Both the position numbers and the translations under genes were made by a program. This document shows, one piece after another, positions 10,240 to 21,300 of a stretch of 64,000 bases of DNA. The stretch is from Bdellovibrionota bacterium (GTDB taxonomy: Bacteria; Bdellovibrionota_C; UBA2361; JAAYZI01), in the NCBI GenBank assembly GCA_050950765.1, contig JBMNIF010000002.1, positions 544,001-608,000 on the forward strand, read 5' to 3'. Below the pieces are notes generated by a model. That model was given only the letters and a program-made list of their open reading frames with translations. It searched no databases and was not told the DNA's origin. How positions within the stretch are numbered: the stretch's first letter is position 1; each line of letters opens with the position of its first letter.

Positions 10240-13200
10240 TTAACCTTGCTTGCTACGCACAACCCACTCACTTGTCGTTTCCATATAGTCACACCCAGCT
10301 ATCTTTGTAATATCTCCGCAATTTTCGATCTCAGATTCTGTCATACATACTTTTTTCTCACCTATGGTAACTTCTTTTTTACCACTTTCACAAACGCACA
10401 CACACTCACCTTTACTATTTCTTGAAGCAACAAGGCTTTGATGCCCACATTGAATTTTTGTCTCATCACATCCGCAAGCGCACTCATCGGCGTAATACCT
10501 TTCATCTTCTCCACAGCCGATATTTATTTTAGAATTACCCTTAAGATTTCCATTATCATCGTACTTACAGACACAAGTATTGTCTTCTACAATCTCGTTC
10601 TCGCCGCAACTTACACACTCTTCATTTTGCATTACAAACCCTGAATTGCAGATACAATCACCTACTTCTTCATCCCATACTGAGTTTTCAGTACACGTCT
10701 GACATTCACAATAAGAACCATTCATAACGAGGTGTTGGTTCTCTCCTTGACAGAAATCTCCTAGGTTTGCAGCACCTGCCCCGTCTTTTTTCTTAGCACG
10801 TCCTGTTAATGAGTCTCTATCATAGATACAAGCACACTGCGTATATATAGATGCAGAACTACTTCCACTATGCGGCACAAGTTCTGTCCCATCAGGGCAA
10901 AAATCACAACTACAATTAGTCGTATCTATTAAATATTGCCCCTGCTCATGACACTTTTCTTCACTAGTTGTTATATCATCATCACCATCAATCCCAGTTG
11001 TACAGTCGCAACCAGTACCATCTTCATTTCCAACAAAAACTGTGCCATCTTCTGCGCAATCAACACATTCACAAGATGCTTCCTTAAATTGTTTACCTTC
11101 ATGAGCGCACTTTTCCTTTACAAGCGCTTGAACTTCTTCACTACACTCACAATTTAGTGACTTGCTATCAGTTGGTGTTTGAGAATCTTCAAGGGTGTTC
11201 GGAGTGCCCGCTCTATAATTACCGTCACAGATACACCCCGACCCATCTTCAGATAATCTTTGATTGGGATTAGTAGTGCACGTCACACACGCACACTCTG
11301 CATAATCAAAGTATTCATCGTCGTTGTCACATTCTTCTTCGAAGTGTTTTCCACCTTCTTCACTATACTTACACTCTTCACAGTTTAACTTTGTTATATC
11401 TGAAGACTCACCTAACTTATGATAAGAATCGCACGCACAAGCTTCTACTCCGACCCCTCCAGTACTTGTAGTATTCTCTCCGCAAGAGAGGCAGTCACAC
11501 TTTTCATAATCGAAGTATGTACCTTCAGGACATTTAGTACCATCACTACCAAATGCAGCGCCGTCTACGTCTGAAGCATATTTACAAACGCAATCTCCTA
11601 TCTCTTCACCTTCAGTAGATATAGTTTGATATGGAGTACAACAACTGCACTGAGTTATACTAAAGTTTCTTGAGTCCTTAATACAGGCTTCGTATTTGGT
11701 TTTAGTCTCTCCCTCTGTTATATTACAGGAACAGGTGCTACCTTTTACCGCTACACTATCTTCACATTTACAATAAGCAGCGTTACCTTCTCTAATAAAC
11801 GTACCACCTGTTTTTTCGCATAACTCTTCAAGCGTAGCAATATCAACATTATTAGGTCCAGCACCGGAGCTATTGCCCTTACCGTCGCCACCGCCGCTAC
11901 CACCTTTTCCGCACTTTGCAGAATCTGTACAGGTACAACTTAAGCCGTCACCTTTATAGCCGTTAGTAGTATCACAGACACAAGTTGTACCATTAAAAGT
12001 TGCTCCCGTAGCAGTACAACACTTCTCCTCCTTGCAGGAACACGATCCCTTTTCACTGTAATAACCTTGTGAGTTGTCGCAGACGCAAGTATGGTTACCT
12101 TGTGCATCAGTACCTGCCGCATAACCTTTCTTAGAATCACAAACACAGTTCCCATTAGCATCTTGGAAGGTATTGGCTATACAAATACACCCTGCTTCTG
12201 TTGCTTCTCTAAAATCTTGATTTCGACAAACACAGTTATCTGTCCCTGCTTCAAACTCATTACTGACACAGGTGCAACTACCATTTATCAGTGAACGATT
12301 GTTTTCACAGACACAGTTTCCGCCGTATGCCTTAAAGTATTTATTCTCATCACAGACACAGATACCGTCTTTCCTTATATAATTATTACGGCAGACGCAG
12401 TTAGGCAGCTTAACAGAAACGCCCTCTATTGTCTCAGTTTTATAACTCAATACCTCATTATTCGAACAACTTCCTATACCACCACAATCACAAGTATCTT
12501 CGCTAAATGGATTATAACCATGATCCTTACACCAAGCAGAGATCTCTCTTTTTTGAGCTTCTGTATAATTACATTCACACCTTTCAGTAGCAGAATTGTA
12601 AGTTTTATTTCTATCCCTACATTCGCAATCGCAGGTAGCTTTATTAAACTTTAAACCTCGATCACTACACCATTTTTGCACTGCCGTTTCATTACAAGAG
12701 CCGCCACCGCCGCCACCTGCTAGATCTCCAGCAGCTACTCCACCTCCTGTAATACCATCAGAGATATCACAGCTACAGATCTCAGTGTAATACGCCACCT
12801 TTTTATCGTAGCAGTATTGTTTAGAATTTGGTGTATTAGCCTCCTCATCATCACACTCACAGGCACAGGTATCTGTATTTAACTTACCAAGCCCGTTCTT
12901 TGTTATACAATCTTCAGGGGTAAGGGGGCACTCACAAACCATACTCCCCTCTTCCTCTGTAACTACAAAGTTCTCAGGACAGACACACTCATAATACCCT
13001 TTTTTAGTCTCTTTTACCGTCCAAGCTCCACTTCCACAAGAATCACAGGAGCAGGTCTCTGCGTTAAAGATAGAAGCTCCTTGCCTAGTACAATCATCTT
13101 GAGAATCCCTATATTTAGGACATTGACATTCACAATAATACTTCGTCTCTTTTTTTTCATTTATAGTTATAGTTTTAGATTTTTTACTAGGTACCTTATT

Positions 13201-14901
13201 CCCCTTACATCCATTAGGATCACAACTAAGCTCACATGTATATTTATCGTTATTTTTAATAAGGTGTGCTTGGAGCATTTTATCTCCATCTAATCCACCT
13301 AGCTTTGAAACATCACATTCGCACATACAGTTATCTTGATTAACTTTCTGATGGTCAGGATCGTAGCAGTTACTATTCTCTTTAAAATATTCTTTTAAAG
13401 TATATATTTTGTAACAATCACAACTATCACGTGCCGTTCTTCCCTTTTTAGCTGGATCGCTACAAGCACAATATAAAGATGAAGAGTTAGCACTTCTCTC
13501 AGTGCCTTCAGGACAATCGACACAAGTCCAGTGCCCATCGATTACTTGTACAGTTTGATTATCTTCACAATCACAATCACAAGTTGGAATTTGGCTTGAA
13601 GGTGTCAAGCTTTTACAAAGCCCTTTTTCACATTCGCACCATTCATTTCCTGCCCCATCACTCTTTTTAACAGAGCCTCGATTACATATTTGACAATTAC
13701 CGCTGGCATTTTTTACATAATTATCATTACAAACACACTCTAAACCATCTTCAGAGGCGTGCGCATTAGATCCGCACTGTACGCACTGACAGGCACTATT
13801 AACTACTGTTTTACACCCTTCAAAAGTTGCCTCATCAGTAGGTTTAAGATCTGTTGGTGTAGGATTAGCACTATTGTCGCAACAGATACTATCACCAACC
13901 TCCTTCCAAACTAGCTTTGAATAATCGCAGACACAACTGTTATCTTCTGCGCTATACTCTTGATTCTCCGCACAGTTATTACAGTAACAGCCGCCACCTG
14001 TCTCGTAAGTGCCGACTACGCCTGCACACACAAAGCCACTCCCCTCGATATCATAGAGGCATCGACATCCACTCCCTTCTTCATCTGTATACAACACCTC
14101 ATTTGGTCCACAATTTGTTGTATTATTTACACATGCACAGACTCCACGCTCATCTCTAATAGCGACCTGATAGGCGGTATTACAATTAATCAGTTCAGGC
14201 TTACAAAGACACTTTCCATCTTCATCCTTTTCACACTCTAATAACGGCGGCATATTTGATTTCGTACTAAGCTCTCTATAAGCAGAAGCTTTAGCTGTAA
14301 AAACAAAATCAGGTATCCACGGTGAAAGTGTTTTATACTTGGTGTGGACTGTCACTTCTATTGGGATTCTAGTTAGACCGTCTCTTAACGATTTCGATTC
14401 CTCAGTAGCTTCACCCTCAAGAGCGTACTTAGCTCCTTGAACGGGGAGTTTAATCTCTATTATTCCTTTATCTGTTGCTTTTCCTTGCTCGTCATCTCTT
14501 ACAGCTAATAGCTGCACAACCCCTTTGTCATTAACCTTTCTCTCTTCAATCTCTTTATCGTTTAGAGTTCCGATTAAAAAACCCTCCATATACTTATAAG
14601 CACGGTCTCTAATGCTTATCATCGCAGGTGCATTTTCTTGAATACCAACTTCACTACACTCTTCCTGACCAGTATTCATATTCACTACGCAAAGATCTTT
14701 GACCACATCTTCAAGATCCGGCACAACAGCTGCCAGTTGTGCAGCCTGTTCTGCTGCATTTTGGATGGTGGTCTTAGCATAAAGCGCAAATGAAAAGTCT
14801 ATAATTCCTAAAATTAGGATTAGGAATATCGGTATTCCTATGGCGAACTCAACCATCGTTGCACCACAATTTCTTACGTTGTTATTTTTAATAGTAGTCA
14901 T
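10240..14901 (-). CDS. Giant TadE/TadF-like pilin with a ~1300-aa cysteine-rich (CXC/CXCXC, EGF-like) C-terminal region
   Basis: G|ATMVEFAIGIPIFLILILGIIDF and NAAEQAAQLAAV give the TadE signature, followed by dense Cys motifs. The start is refined to the ATG at 14901 after a GAGG RBS (ORF track: 14928). Confidence 0.85.
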   Translation of the reverse strand: MTTIKNNNVRNCGATMVEFAIGIPIFLILILGIIDFSFALYAKTTIQNAAEQAAQLAAVVPDLEDVVKDLCVVNMNTGQEECSEVGIQENAPAMISIRDRAYKYMEGFLIGTLNDKEIEERKVNDKGVVQLLAVRDDEQGKATDKGIIEIKLPVQGAKYALEGEATEESKSLRDGLTRIPIEVTVHTKYKTLSPWIPDFVFTAKASAYRELSTKSNMPPLLECEKDEDGKCLCKPELINCNTAYQVAIRDERGVCACVNNTTNCGPNEVLYTDEEGSGCRCLYDIEGSGFVCAGVVGTYETGGGCYCNNCAENQEYSAEDNSCVCDYSKLVWKEVGDSICCDNSANPTPTDLKPTDEATFEGCKTVVNSACQCVQCGSNAHASEDGLECVCNDNYVKNASGNCQICNRGSVKKSDGAGNEWCECEKGLCKSLTPSSQIPTCDCDCEDNQTVQVIDGHWTCVDCPEGTERSANSSSLYCACSDPAKKGRTARDSCDCYKIYTLKEYFKENSNCYDPDHQKVNQDNCMCECDVSKLGGLDGDKMLQAHLIKNNDKYTCELSCDPNGCKGNKVPSKKSKTITINEKKETKYYCECQCPKYRDSQDDCTRQGASIFNAETCSCDSCGSGAWTVKETKKGYYECVCPENFVVTEEEGSMVCECPLTPEDCITKNGLGKLNTDTCACECDDEEANTPNSKQYCYDKKVAYYTEICSCDISDGITGGGVAAGDLAGGGGGGSCNETAVQKWCSDRGLKFNKATCDCECRDRNKTYNSATERCECNYTEAQKREISAWCKDHGYNPFSEDTCDCGGIGSCSNNEVLSYKTETIEGVSVKLPNCVCRNNYIRKDGICVCDENKYFKAYGGNCVCENNRSLINGSCTCVSNEFEAGTDNCVCRNQDFREATEAGCICIANTFQDANGNCVCDSKKGYAAGTDAQGNHTCVCDNSQGYYSEKGSCSCKEEKCCTATGATFNGTTCVCDTTNGYKGDGLSCTCTDSAKCGKGGSGGGDGKGNSSGAGPNNVDIATLEELCEKTGGTFIREGNAAYCKCEDSVAVKGSTCSCNITEGETKTKYEACIKDSRNFSITQCSCCTPYQTISTEGEEIGDCVCKYASDVDGAAFGSDGTKCPEGTYFDYEKCDCLSCGENTTSTGGVGVEACACDSYHKLGESSDITKLNCEECKYSEEGGKHFEEECDNDDEYFDYAECACVTCTTNPNQRLSEDGSGCICDGNYRAGTPNTLEDSQTPTDSKSLNCECSEEVQALVKEKCAHEGKQFKEASCECVDCAEDGTVFVGNEDGTGCDCTTGIDGDDDITTSEEKCHEQGQYLIDTTNCSCDFCPDGTELVPHSGSSSASIYTQCACIYDRDSLTGRAKKKDGAGAANLGDFCQGENQHLVMNGSYCECQTCTENSVWDEEVGDCICNSGFVMQNEECVSCGENEIVEDNTCVCKYDDNGNLKGNSKINIGCGEDERYYADECACGCDETKIQCGHQSLVASRNSKGECVCVCESGKKEVTIGEKKVCMTESEIENCGDITKIAGCDYMETTSEWVVRSKQG

Positions 14902-14931
14902 AATAATTACCTCATTAAATACCAACACTTC

Positions 14932-15600
14932 CTAGTTTCTAATCAGATATGGAGTAGTCTCCGTTATAGTAACGTCAGCCTTACCTCCTATAAACACCGC
15001 GAAATTAAAGATACTTTTATACGGCACCGAGACCTCTACCTTCACACGAGTGACTGAGGAAACTGAATAAACAACATCCTCTGTATTATCATTTTTTTCA
15101 GCACACGGTTTGTACTCATCGCCACACAAGGTTTCAACTTTTCTAATAGATCCCTCTGGCTCAATATAATTCGAATATCCCGCCCATCTAGGCGGTTTTT
15201 GTCTTCTTAAAAGTGAATTAACCCTATCTAATACAGCGTACTGCGCAACGTTACTGCCATCTATAACAGAAGAACGCTCTCCATTCCCCACCTCCGTAGC
15301 ATACCCCTTTCCGATACTCGGTCTCGAAGCAGCAAACCTAGCACCTTCATAAGCGATACTTTTTAATTTGAAGTATTCGTTCAAATAACAGGAGACTTCA
15401 AAGATGCCGACCAATATCAGTAGCATCACAGGAGCAACCAGCGCTAACTCTACTAAAACCAATCCACGCTCTTTTATATTTTTCCTGCTCGTGCTTTTAG
15501 AAGAGGGGAAAAGGTGAGATAACCCTCTGTAAAATTTTGTCCTTTCTGTTTTTTCTGAAGCACTAAGCATAATTAAACCGAAAAAACTTATAACAACCAC
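14932..15600 (-). CDS. TadE/TadF family minor pilin
   Basis: ERG|LVLVELALVAPVMLLILVGIFE and AYEGARFAAS. The start codon is uncertain. Confidence 0.85.
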   Translation of the reverse strand: MVVISFFGLIMLSASEKTERTKFYRGLSHLFPSSKSTSRKNIKERGLVLVELALVAPVMLLILVGIFEVSCYLNEYFKLKSIAYEGARFAASRPSIGKGYATEVGNGERSSVIDGSNVAQYAVLDRVNSLLRRQKPPRWAGYSNYIEPEGSIRKVETLCGDEYKPCAEKNDNTEDVVYSVSSVTRVKVEVSVPYKSIFNFAVFIGGKADVTITETTPYLIRN

Positions 15601-16074
15601 ATAAAAACTGCCGCCTTTCTCTTAAGAAAGGTCACTACCGAACAGACAAGAGAGAACGTGGTACCTAAAAAACGGTACTCACAACTCACGCAAAAAAACG
15701 TACTTAGGGAGTCTGCAAGAAACGATCCTTATTTATATTTAAAAAAACTCCCTTTGTTACCGTTTATTCAATAACTAGCAATTTCTTGTAGATGCAGATC
15801 ACTTCAAAAAAGATCTTTTTATTTTATTATGAATAGAGCACCCCTATGCTCCTCCAACGCTCTATTCTAGGCAAGAGTAAAAGATTACGGGATAAAGCGC
15901 TGAATATCATTCATAAAAAGGGGAATTACTCAACACAAAGAACGTTAGGCGCCCCCTTTCACTTAACCTTAAAGGTAAAAAGAATCACTATTTTCTGAAT
16001 CCTCACCACCAAACCTCTAATCTATGAAAGGTGCTGTCTTTTCATTTTAATATTTTTAAGGATGCTTTTTTAAG

Positions 16075-16656
16075 GTGCTAAGCATGTTTAACATTACTAA
16101 TCTTTTTCAAGATTTTTCCCTCGAACTCTTCTTCTGGATCTGCGCCATAATAGGTACATTGATCTTTTCCATCCGCCTTTTTATGACGATTTCAGGGCTC
16201 GGTGGTGATGATTTAATCTCAGAAGGTGTAGATGATATCGATGCAGATAGCGGATTAAACCTCATCTCTCTTACAACTGTTGTCGCCTTTATAATGATGT
16301 TCGGCTGGGTCGGTATCGCCAGTCTAAAAGCAGATAATGTCGGCGCTGGATTTTCAATATTATTTGCCACCGTCGCCGGTCTCTTGACTATGGTTCTTAT
16401 CGCTTACCTTTTTAAGTGGATCTTCTCTCTGACAGAGCAAGGTGATGTTTTTCAACCTTCCGACGCTCTAGGAAAAACTGCTGAAGTTTTTGAAAAGATC
16501 TCAGCAGGGGGTAAGGGTATGGTCTTTTTAAATATGCAAGGTCATAGAAGAGAGTTTACAGCCACTTCCGAAGATGGCGAGGAGATCCCCTCTTTTACTA
16601 AAGTAGTTATTCAAAAGATCGTTGATCAATCTTCAGTTGTAGTAAAAAAACTTTAA
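16075..16656 (+). CDS. NfeD-like membrane protein (flotillin partner)
   Basis: Three TM helices plus a C-terminal OB-like GKTAEV...GKGMV...REFTA region, directly upstream of flotillin. Confidence 0.8.
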   Translation: MLSMFNITNLFQDFSLELFFWICAIIGTLIFSIRLFMTISGLGGDDLISEGVDDIDADSGLNLISLTTVVAFIMMFGWVGIASLKADNVGAGFSILFATVAGLLTMVLIAYLFKWIFSLTEQGDVFQPSDALGKTAEVFEKISAGGKGMVFLNMQGHRREFTATSEDGEEIPSFTKVVIQKIVDQSSVVVKKL

Positions 16657-16676
16657 CCCTATTTAAGGAGCATACT

Positions 16677-18230
16677 ATGCCAACAGCTTTTGCAATTATC
16701 CTAATTATCCTATTTTTAATAGGCTTTTCAGTGATGCTGACGATCCCGCGCATCTATGTGCGCTGCCCCTCTAATAAAGTATTGGTAGTTTGGGGTAAAG
16801 TGAAGGGAGGAAGCGCAAAGTGTCATTTAGGCGGAGCACATCTTATTATTCCTATTTTTCAGGATGCAGCTTTTCTGGACTTAACTCCGATGACGATCAA
16901 TATTCCACTGCGAGGGGCACTCTCAAAGGAAAATATCCGTGTAAATGTACCCAGCACATTTACCATTAAGATCGATGCTCGTCCTGATTCTGTAGGTAAC
17001 GCCGCTACCTCACTACTCGGTTTAGCACGCCATGAAATAGAATCTATGGCGACAGAGATCTTAACAGGACAACTTCGTTTGACGGTAGCATCTTTAACTA
17101 TTGAAGAGATCAATCAGAACAGAGAACGGTTCTTAGAAGTTATCCGTGACAATATCCAGCCGGAGCTGCAAAAGATCGGCTTAAGTCTAATTAACGTTAA
17201 TATTACAGATATCACCGATGAATCAGGTTACATCGAAAGCATCGGTAAAAAGGCGGCTTCAACAGCTCTTAACCAAGCTAAAATTGATGTTGCTCAACAA
17301 GAAAAACTTGGAGAGGTCGGTAAGGCTCAAGCTGATAGAGACCGTCGTATGCAAGTTGCACAACTTAACGCAGAAGCGGTTGAAGGTGAAAATGTTGCAG
17401 CAGCTAAGATCGCTTCCTTTAATGCAGATTTAGCAGAAAAAAATGCAGAAGCGCAGCGTCGTTCTGAAATTGCAGCACAGATTGCAGATGCTAAGATCCA
17501 AGAAGAGCGCGCTAACGCTGAAAAAGCCAGACTCCTCGCCGACGAAGTTGTTCCGAGAGAGATCGCAAAACGTAAACTTGAGATCGATTCTGCTGCTCGA
17601 GCAGCACAGATGAAGATCGAAGCCGAAGGTCGCTCTTCTCAATTACAGATCGACTCCTCAGCACGCGCTGCACAGATGAAGATCGAGGCTGAAGGTAGAG
17701 CGGCACAGATGGAGATCGAGGCTGGTGGTAAATCAGCGCAGATGAAGATCGAGGCTGAAGGTAGAGCGGAGCAACTTCGGGCGGAAGCAGCAGGTCAAGC
17801 TGATGCTATCATCTCCGTACAAAGTGCAGAAGCTGAAGGTCAATACAAGGTGCTTGTTTCAAAAGCACGCGGTTATCAAGACCTCGTAAAGTCCTGCACC
17901 ACCGCACAAGATGCCACAACTATCTTATTAGTTGAAAAGATGGAAGACCTTGTAAAACTTCAAACAGAAGCTATCAAAAACATCAAGATTGATAAGATCA
18001 CAGTTTGGGATAGTGGCAACAACGAAAAAGGTAGCTCAACTGCTAACTTTATGAGTAGTATGGTTAAAAGCTTACCAACATTGCACGATGTAGCAGGTAT
18101 GGCGGGAGTTAATTTACCTGCTTACTTAGGTGATATAAAACCTATCGCCAAGCCTCTGCCAAGCGCTCAAGGTGGTATCCCAACTCAATCAACAGAGAAA
18201 AGCACTCCACCAAGTGCACCTGCTAAATAA
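16677..18230 (+). CDS. Flotillin/SPFH family protein
   Basis: SPFH domain (YVRCPSNKVLVVWG, ALSKENIRVNVPSTFTI, GQLRLTVASLTIEEIN) followed by an Ala/Glu coiled coil. Confidence 0.9.
   Translation: MPTAFAIILIILFLIGFSVMLTIPRIYVRCPSNKVLVVWGKVKGGSAKCHLGGAHLIIPIFQDAAFLDLTPMTINIPLRGALSKENIRVNVPSTFTIKIDARPDSVGNAATSLLGLARHEIESMATEILTGQLRLTVASLTIEEINQNRERFLEVIRDNIQPELQKIGLSLINVNITDITDESGYIESIGKKAASTALNQAKIDVAQQEKLGEVGKAQADRDRRMQVAQLNAEAVEGENVAAAKIASFNADLAEKNAEAQRRSEIAAQIADAKIQEERANAEKARLLADEVVPREIAKRKLEIDSAARAAQMKIEAEGRSSQLQIDSSARAAQMKIEAEGRAAQMEIEAGGKSAQMKIEAEGRAEQLRAEAAGQADAIISVQSAEAEGQYKVLVSKARGYQDLVKSCTTAQDATTILLVEKMEDLVKLQTEAIKNIKIDKITVWDSGNNEKGSSTANFMSSMVKSLPTLHDVAGMAGVNLPAYLGDIKPIAKPLPSAQGGIPTQSTEKSTPPSAPAK
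17576..17775 (+). repeat. 11-aa (33-bp) coding repeats in the flotillin coiled coil
   Basis: RAAQMKIEAEG-like units recur about five times. Confidence 0.75.
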
Positions 18231-18265
18231 CCTACTAGGTAATGCTTTAAATAACATTACTACCT

Positions 18266-18304
18266 AAGAGCGGGCTGTTTAAAAAACAGAACCCGCTCTT
18301 TTTT
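18266..18304 (+). terminator. Intrinsic terminator between the convergent flotillin and PFOR genes
   Basis: AAGAGCGGG-CTGTTT...AAACAG-AA-CCCGCTCTT followed by a T run. Confidence 0.7.
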
Positions 18305-18327
18305 AATCCTTATACACTACAATTTTT

Positions 18328-21300
18328 CTACATCGCTGCTAATTTCTGATAGTAAGCAAAACGATCCGTTACATTCTTCTGTAACTTCTCCAGTAGAAGT
18401 GCAGCACGCTCAGGATTCTTAGTCCTTAAAATATTAAAGCGATTTTCGCCGTAGATATAATCTGTAAGGGGCAAAGTCGGCTCTTTAGAATCAAAGATAA
18501 GTGGATTCTTACCCTCTTTTGCCAAATCAGGATTATACCGATACAACAACCAAGAACCGCTATTAACTGCTTTCTTCTGCTCTTCCAGCCCCTTCTTAAG
18601 ATCAATGCCGTGCGCAATACAGTGCGAATAGCAGATAATCAGAGATGGGCCATCATAAGCTTCGGCTTCCTTAATCGCCTTCACAGCGTGCTGGTCATTA
18701 GCACCAAGCGAGATACTAGCAACATAAACGTGCTTATAACTCATCGCCTGTAAGCCGATATCTTTCTTGTTCATTGTTTTACCAGCAGCAGCAAAGAGCG
18801 CGACAGCTCCTGTCGGTGTAGATTTTGACATCTGTCCACCTGTATTTGAATACACTTCAGTATCCAGCAATAACACATTAATGTTCTCACCTGATGCTAA
18901 AGCGTGATCCAATCCGCCGTAACCGATATCATACGCCCAGCCGTCACCACCGATAATCCAGACACTCTTCTTAGAGAGGTAATCAGCCAAAGAAAGTAAA
19001 GACTGCGCCTCAAAGGATTTGTTATTAGCTATGGCAGCCTTTAGTTGTGCAATCCTCTCTCGTTGAGCTTTAATCTCTGACTCATCATGCTCTGTGGCGT
19101 TTAAGATATCGTTAGCTAAACTCTCACCGATTTCAGCCTTCAACGCACTTACTAACTCTCTAGCCTGTTCAGCTTTTTTATTCACTGTTAAACGGAAGCC
19201 TAAACCGTATTCGGCATTGTCTTCGAAAAGTGAATTTGACCAAGCAGGACCACGCCCCTCTGCATTCTTACAATACGGAGTGGTCGGTAAATTACCGCTA
19301 TAAATTGAAGAGCACCCCGTTGCATTAGCCACAAGCATTCTGTCGCCAAAAAGTTGTGTTACGAGTTTAATGTACGGAGTTTCTCCACAACCGGCGCAAG
19401 CACCTGAGAACTCAAAAAGAGGTCTAAGCAACTGAGAGCCTTTAACGGTTGCTTGGTTAACAGCCGAACGGTCAGTATAATCAAGCGTCTCAAAGAACTC
19501 CCAATTCTTAACTTCACGCTCTCTAATCGGTACAAACGGTACCATGTTAATAGCTTTCTGCCCTTCAACCTTTTTGCTCTTAACAGGACAAGCATCGATA
19601 CAGATTCCGCAACCGGTACAATCTTCCGTAGAGATCTGTAAGATGAATTGTGTTCCTTCCGGAAAATCTTTGCCCTTTGTTGGAGCTGACTTAAAGCCTT
19701 GCGGTGCAGATTTTAACTTTGCACCTTCACAAGTTTTCATCCTGATAACTGCGTGCGGACAAACAATGGAGCACTTACCACACTGAATACACGCTTCAGG
19801 ATCCCACTCCGGAACTGTTAATGAGATAGCACGTTTTTCCCACTGCGTGGTGGCAGTCGGATAAGCACCATCGGCAGGCATCTGACTTACCTTCAAAGCT
19901 TCGCCCTCATCAATCATCATCGGAGCTAAAACTTCCTTAACGAACTTAGGCGCATGCTCAGGCACAGCACTCTTACGACGGATTGTGCTAGTTGGTGTTG
20001 CCGGAACAGGGATCTCATGCAAATTACTCAGAGACTCATCAACAGCCTTGAAGTTTTTCTGAACGACATCTTCACCCTTACTACTGTAAGATTTTTTAAT
20101 AGCACCTTTAATCTTCTCAATCGCCTCTTCTCGCGGAAGGATATTAGCGATAGCAAAGAAACAGGCTTGCAGGATGGTATTTATTCTGCTGCCCATACCG
20201 GTCTTCTTAGCTACTTCATAAGCATTGATTGAATAGAACTTGATCTTCTTTTCGATAATTGTTTGTTGAATCTCATAAGGTAACTTGTCCCAAACTTCAT
20301 CCTTAGAATACGGTGCATTCAAAAGGAAGGTTGCTCCAGAACACGCTTCTTTTAAGACATCTAATTTTTCCAATAAGCTGAACTGATGACACGCTACAAA
20401 GTTGGCGTGGTCGATCAGATAGATTGAACGGATCGGATCTTTACCAAACCTTAAGTGCGATTTTGTTAAACCACCCGATTTTTTAGAGTCATAAACAAAG
20501 TAGCCTTGTGCATGGTTATCAGTCTCTGTACCGATGATCTTAATGGAGTTTTTATTAGCACCAACTGTGCCATCAGAGCCGAGTCCGATAAAAACACCGC
20601 GGAAGGAGTTCTCGTTTTCAGTTCTAAAGTCTACATCATAAGTAAGGCTGGTATGAGAAACATCATCATTAATACCAACAGTAAAGTGATTCTTCGGATC
20701 ATCTTTTTTAAGTTCATCAAAAACCGCCTTGATCATAGCCGGTGTAAACTCTTTGGAAGATAAGCCATAACGTCCGCCGATAATCTTGGCATGTCGTCCT
20801 GCTTCTGCAAAGGCAGCAACAACATCAAGATAGAGCGGCTCACCAACACAACCTGACTCTTTAGTTCTATCCAAAACTGCTACGCTCTTTACAGTAGTTG
20901 GGATAGCAGCCATAAGATCTTTTATTGAGAAAGGACGGTATAAACGCACCTTCAAGACACCGACCTTCTCACCCATCTTCTTAGTCATATAATCTACAAC
21001 TTCAGAAGAGGTTTCAGCGCCGGAGCCCATCAAGATCAGTAAACGCTCGGCATCAGGAGCGCCATAATAATCAAAGAGGTGATACTCACGTCCCGTTACC
21101 TTAGCAAACTCTTTCATAGCAGTTTTAACGATCTCAGGAGTAGCTGCATAATACGGATTACAAGCTTCTCTAGACTGGAAGAAGGTGTCTGGATTTTGTG
21201 CGGTACCTCCGATCCTCGGTTGTTCAGGACGCAAGCCGCGCTCTCTATGAGCGATCACATCTTTAATATCGATCAAACTCTTCATCTGATCTTGCGTTAA

